Shown: positions 63,480 to 64,000 of the stretch, in pieces
Layout: each line of letters opens with the position of its first letter
Position numbering within the stretch: position 1 is the first letter of the stretch
Origin: Paraspadella gotoi
Taxonomy: Eukaryota; Animalia; Chaetognatha
NCBI GenBank assembly: GCA_051294375.1
Contig: CM119269.1
Span: 18,712,471 to 18,776,470 of the forward strand
DNA: 64,000 bases
Direction: 5' to 3'
Notes under the pieces: generated by a model
The model's input: the letters and a program-made list of their open reading frames with translations, nothing else
The model's database searches: none
What the model was told of the DNA's origin: nothing
Program-made: the position numbers and the translations under genes

Positions 63480-64000
63480 TTTCTTAGAAATCGGTTTTTA
63501 TCGTTATCATGGTATCCAATGATTTTCATTGCGTCACATAATGATTATTATGGAGTGACGTTCATTGTGAAGCCAAATTTAAGATATTTCTTTTCCGACA
63601 GATTTAATCGTGACTGGAGATTTCACAAAGAAGAAAGGATCTGGATCACGCGAGCCTCCGGCCAAGAGCCTTCTGTTAAGACCACCACTTATGAAAGGCA
63701 ATTCTCTCTTTTTTACGTATAGAAAATGTTTATTCATAGTGTTAGGGATTTAATTCATAAACAAGTTTTCACTTGCCAATTATTCACAAATGTTTCGTGA
63801 GTCAATAGTCAATAGTCGAGTTATCAAATGGGGTCGGGCTTTTAAAATATTGATAACCGTGTTCAAATTTAAGAAACGTGAAAATGAAAAGCGAACCAAT
63901 AACTGATTGATTTAAATTATCTTCGTGATTAAGTCGTTTGAACAAAATAATTATACTTTCAGGGGCACGTACTTTTACTTCGACTGCCAAAACTGGAGAA
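39225..64000 (+). CDS. CNOT2: CCR4-NOT subunit 2 (Regena/NOT2), 3'-truncated by window; exons 39225-39271, 39372-39466, 39599-39676, 40933-41157, 41618-41964, 42083-42284, 42453-42548, 48465-48685, 51290-51441, 56560-56638, 56726-56859, 63602-63697, 63963->64000
   Basis: LDPSEFPSL, GMMKQ...EFPALPG, GIQTHSDGKVTNIPSGMVMDQFGIVGLLTFIR, LAMGSDLTTLGLNLNSPENLYQNFASPW, DLLFFLFY, LFNRDWRFHKEERIWI, YERGTYFYFDCQNWR (NOT box). All joins are in frame. The first three exons are less certain. Confidence 0.92.
43381..44096 (+). mobile_element. Helentron-associated (HINE/DINE-1-like) non-autonomous element
   Basis: Poly-T start, terminal hairpin gtcggatctgc-tttca-gcagatcccgac and (GTCC)n microsatellite. Inverted copy at 45784-46621; partial copies at 56887-57170, 12612-13000 and 6070-6440. 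Confidence 0.6.
45784..46621 (-). mobile_element. HINE/DINE-1-like element, inverted copy
   Basis: Reverse complement of 43381-44096 with (GGAC)n. Confidence 0.6.
47408..47735 (+). repeat. Degenerate ~65-70-bp tandem repeat
   Basis: gtaggaagggtaacggaggtggtaggaattttccgtggtcggatgtgaaactgatggtctgtgtactc, 3-4 copies. Confidence 0.85.
50237..50887 (-). mobile_element. 5'-truncated PLE (3' end + pLTR) with inverted terminal segment
   Basis: 50610-50825 is homologous to 52550-52785. The ~55-bp inverted repeat taagcaaagttcgaaattag...ggacatgtttcg occurs at both ends. Confidence 0.75.
50282..50321 (-). ncRNA. Hammerhead ribozyme of a related PLE remnant
   Basis: acg-CTGATGA-a-gactc-gaaaaa-gagtc-GAAA-catg-TC-cgt. 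Confidence 0.8.
52109..52150 (-). ncRNA. Type I hammerhead ribozyme in the 3' pLTR
   Basis: Reverse complement is identical to 56342-56383. Confidence 0.85.
52852..55562 (-). pseudogene. PLE RT + GIY-YIG endonuclease ORF, broken by several frameshifts
   Basis: PADKGRAAVVMD, YFRFDGQYYAQ..GLGMG.STSSPLADFYME, WYRKADDT, IPMLDVLI, VYRKPTHTDQY, SGAVYW..C..C..AYVGETGKSL..RF.QH, spread over several frames. Confidence 0.88.
55649..55690 (-). ncRNA. Type I hammerhead ribozyme in the 5' pLTR, ~90 nt upstream of the PLE ATG
   Basis: Same motif with a 2-nt variant at the top of stem II (gactgatatgtgagtc). Confidence 0.75.
56342..56383 (+). ncRNA. Type I hammerhead ribozyme in the inverted PLE pLTR
   Basis: ggcg-CTGAAGA-a-gactc-gtatgt-gagtc-GAAA-catg-TC-cgtt: intact core, 5-bp stem II, and the short palindromic stem III (ACATGT) typical of PLE dimeric hammerheads. 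Confidence 0.85.
58800..59010 (-). mobile_element. Degenerate PLE pLTR remnant with mutated hammerhead
   Basis: acaacgatttt...gacatgtttcgactc...gagtcttcatca, (AG)n and aaagtttccaaca shared with the pLTR. Similar remnants lie at ~45170-45400 and ~46735-46860. Confidence 0.6.
59086..59276. mobile_element. MITE-like foldback element
   Basis: ~55-bp imperfect TIR tgtgagatattttggtctcacgctcgcgaagg...ttcgaacgttgcccgtt. Confidence 0.65.
59793..60059 (-). mobile_element. Distantly related solo LTR with clear A/B boxes, inserted into a hammerhead motif
   Basis: Ends tctggtgg...cctcttta parallel tatggtgg...tctcttca. Contains TGGCTCAGTGG and GGTTCGAGCC. TSD cctt at 59789-59792 and 60060-60063. Confidence 0.7.
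60831..60855. other. Assembly gap (25 N)
   Basis: Run of n, with ggtttttga on both sides. Confidence 0.99.
62859..63130 (+). repeat. Perfect 14-bp tandem repeat (aactcatttgattc)n
   Basis: About 19 identical units. Confidence 0.95.
63178..63381 (+). repeat. Perfect 22-bp tandem repeat (tcatcccatcgataattggtta)n
   Basis: About 9 identical units with no spacers. Confidence 0.95.

Overview
This is eukaryotic, almost certainly metazoan invertebrate, genomic DNA: GC-rich exons in very AT-rich, repeat-filled introns, standard genetic code, spliceosomal introns, and one 25-N gap. I reconstructed seven spliced genes by hand from GT/GC-AG junctions and frame continuity: the 3' part of an ADPRM-like metallophosphoesterase (+), a fukutin/LicD-like nucleotidyltransferase (+), a DKDGT-type HAD phosphatase (-), a LYSMD3/4-like LysM-TM protein (+), a TM-CCC-linker-degenerate C2 (synaptotagmin-like) gene (-), an orphan gene nested antisense in its intron 2 (+), and CNOT2 (+, running off the end). 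Mobile DNA includes a near-complete Penelope-like element (RT + GIY-YIG, pLTRs with type I hammerhead ribozymes, inverted 5' pLTR, ~14-bp TSD) and many remnants, Helentron/HINE-like elements, Tc1-type and hAT-type MITEs, a MITE carrying TTAGGG-like repeats, and several minisatellites. The most unusual item is a ~650-bp non-coding LTR element (TRIM-like: PBS, PPT, 4-bp TSD, solo LTRs). Its LTRs begin TA rather than TG and contain a full-length tRNA-Gly-like Pol III module followed by hairpins that covary between diverged copies, which would make it a possible tRNA analogue of plant Cassandra elements. All family assignments come from motif recall, not from database searches.
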